In this document: positions 63,114 to 64,000 of the stretch, piece by piece
How the letters are laid out: each line of letters starts with the position of its first letter
Numbering within the stretch: the stretch's first letter is position 1
Source: an uncultured delta proteobacterium
GTDB taxonomy: Bacteria; Desulfobacterota; Desulfobaccia; Desulfobaccales; 0-14-0-80-60-11
Direction: 5' to 3'
DNA length: 64,000 bases
Assembly (NCBI GenBank): GCA_963808395.1
Contig: CAWEFJ010000031.1
Coordinates: 190,384-254,383, forward strand
Notes under the pieces: model-generated
Database searches by the model: none
What the model was told of the DNA's origin: nothing
Seen by the model: only the letters and a program-made list of their open reading frames with translations
Translations under genes and position numbers: made by a program

Positions 63114-63440
63114 ATGAGTCAAGCACCTATCGACAGCACCGGCGTAAGCAGGGGAAGTCTCAAATCGTACCTCACCGGCTTCGTTCTTTCCCTCATTCTG
63201 ACCGCCATTCCGTTTGCCTTGGTGATGAGCGGCACCTGGTCCGCCTCGGCGATCCTGGCCGGCATATTCAGTGCGGGCATCGTGCAGATTCTGGTGCACT
63301 TGCATTACTTCCTGCATCTGGACACTTCCTCGGCGGCGCGTTGGAACGTGCTGGCCATGATGTTCACTTTATTGATCATGGTCCTCTTCGTCGGAGGAAC
63401 CCTCTGGATCATGTTTAACCTGAATTACCGAATGATGTGA
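63114..63440 (+). CDS. cyoD: Cytochrome bo3-type quinol oxidase subunit IV
   Basis: 108 aa with three TM helices. The ATG abuts the cyoC stop. Confidence 0.85.
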   Translation: MSQAPIDSTGVSRGSLKSYLTGFVLSLILTAIPFALVMSGTWSASAILAGIFSAGIVQILVHLHYFLHLDTSSAARWNVLAMMFTLLIMVLFVGGTLWIMFNLNYRMM

Positions 63441-64000
63441 GAATGCCTGAAAGGATCAAAAACTATCTGCTCGTTGCCAAACCGGGGATCGTTTTCGGCA
63501 ACCTGATCTCCGCGGCAGCCGGCTTTTTTCTTGCCTCCAAAGGGCGGGTTGATGGCGCTGGCTCTCCCGGCGACTCTCATCGGCATATCCCTGGTGGTCG
63601 CTTCCGGTTGCGTTTTCAACAACTGTGTCGATAGAGAAATAGACCGAAAAATGCTCCGGACCCGCAACCGCGCCCTGGCCAAGGGGCTCATCTCACTGAA
63701 GATCGCCGTATCCTACGCCACGATTTTGGGCATTGCGGGCCTGGCACTGCTCTGGGCGGCAACCAACCTGCTGTCCGTGGCCATCGTGCTGGCGGGCCTG
63801 GTGATTTATGTGGGCGTGTACAGCCTGTACCTGAAGCGCCATTCCGTCTACGGCGCCTTGATCGGCAGTCTGGCGGGAGCCACACCGCCCCTGGCGGGAT
63901 ATTGCGCCGTCACCGGTCGCTTCGACCTGGGAGCAGTGATATTGTTGTCGATCTTCAGCCTCTGGCAGATGCCTCACTGCTACGCCATCGCGGTTTTTCG
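63437..64000 (+). CDS. cyoE: Protoheme IX farnesyltransferase (heme O synthase), 3' end outside window; one frame change near 63550 as assembled
   Basis: [27 protein letters not shown], then in another frame [41 protein letters not shown]. Confidence 0.88.

Overview
High-GC chromosome segment from a Gram-negative, anaerobe-type bacterium. The gene content looks Desulfobacterota-like: HdrL/MvhD, DUF169, COG1900 and an FTR-like reductase. This taxonomic placement is inference only.

Core content in order:
- lptB(partial)-rpoN-hpf-ptsN-rapZ-EIIA(Man)-rimI, then an Mrp/NifX-domain fusion.
- An FTR-like/glutaredoxin/DUF169 group.
- A giant HdrA-GltD-HdrA (HdrL-type) gene followed by an MvhD with an in-frame TGA (selenocysteine).
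- guaB, ppx/gppA, hpt, and a CysK fused to a catalytically degenerate CysRS-like domain.
- tRNA-Pro and an OppA-like lipoprotein.
- ileS-lspA-lgt, kdsA, murI, two radical SAM genes, a COG1900 gene, glnS, polX, gap, glnB, ubiE.
- A lower-GC cyoABCDE operon at the right end.

Visibly lower-GC islets interrupt this core:
- 6.5-10.5 kb: a frame-broken ~1000-aa gamma-class N6A methyltransferase, translationally coupled to a PD-(D/E)xK-like protein.
- 27.9-30.4 kb: a stand-alone Abi/UG-type reverse transcriptase, abutted by a RAYT transposase with flanking REPs. This is my best candidate for an uncharacterised defence-type system.
- 46.6-49.1 kb: a beta-sandwich/pentapeptide-repeat/K-channel-pore protein.
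- 52.8-54.7 kb: an overlapping three-gene toxin/XRE/unknown operon next to a tRNA that reads as anticodon ACU.
- 57.2-58.0 kb: a RelE/HTH cassette bracketed by an 88-bp duplication.

Intergenic DNA is saturated with several families of GTAG-headed REP hairpins and at least two MITE-like families.

Caveat: many genes, including the essential ileS, glnS and gap, are broken by 1-nt frame changes. The three junctions I traced by hand lie at homopolymer runs. This most likely reflects assembly indel errors, so pseudogene calls are provisional.
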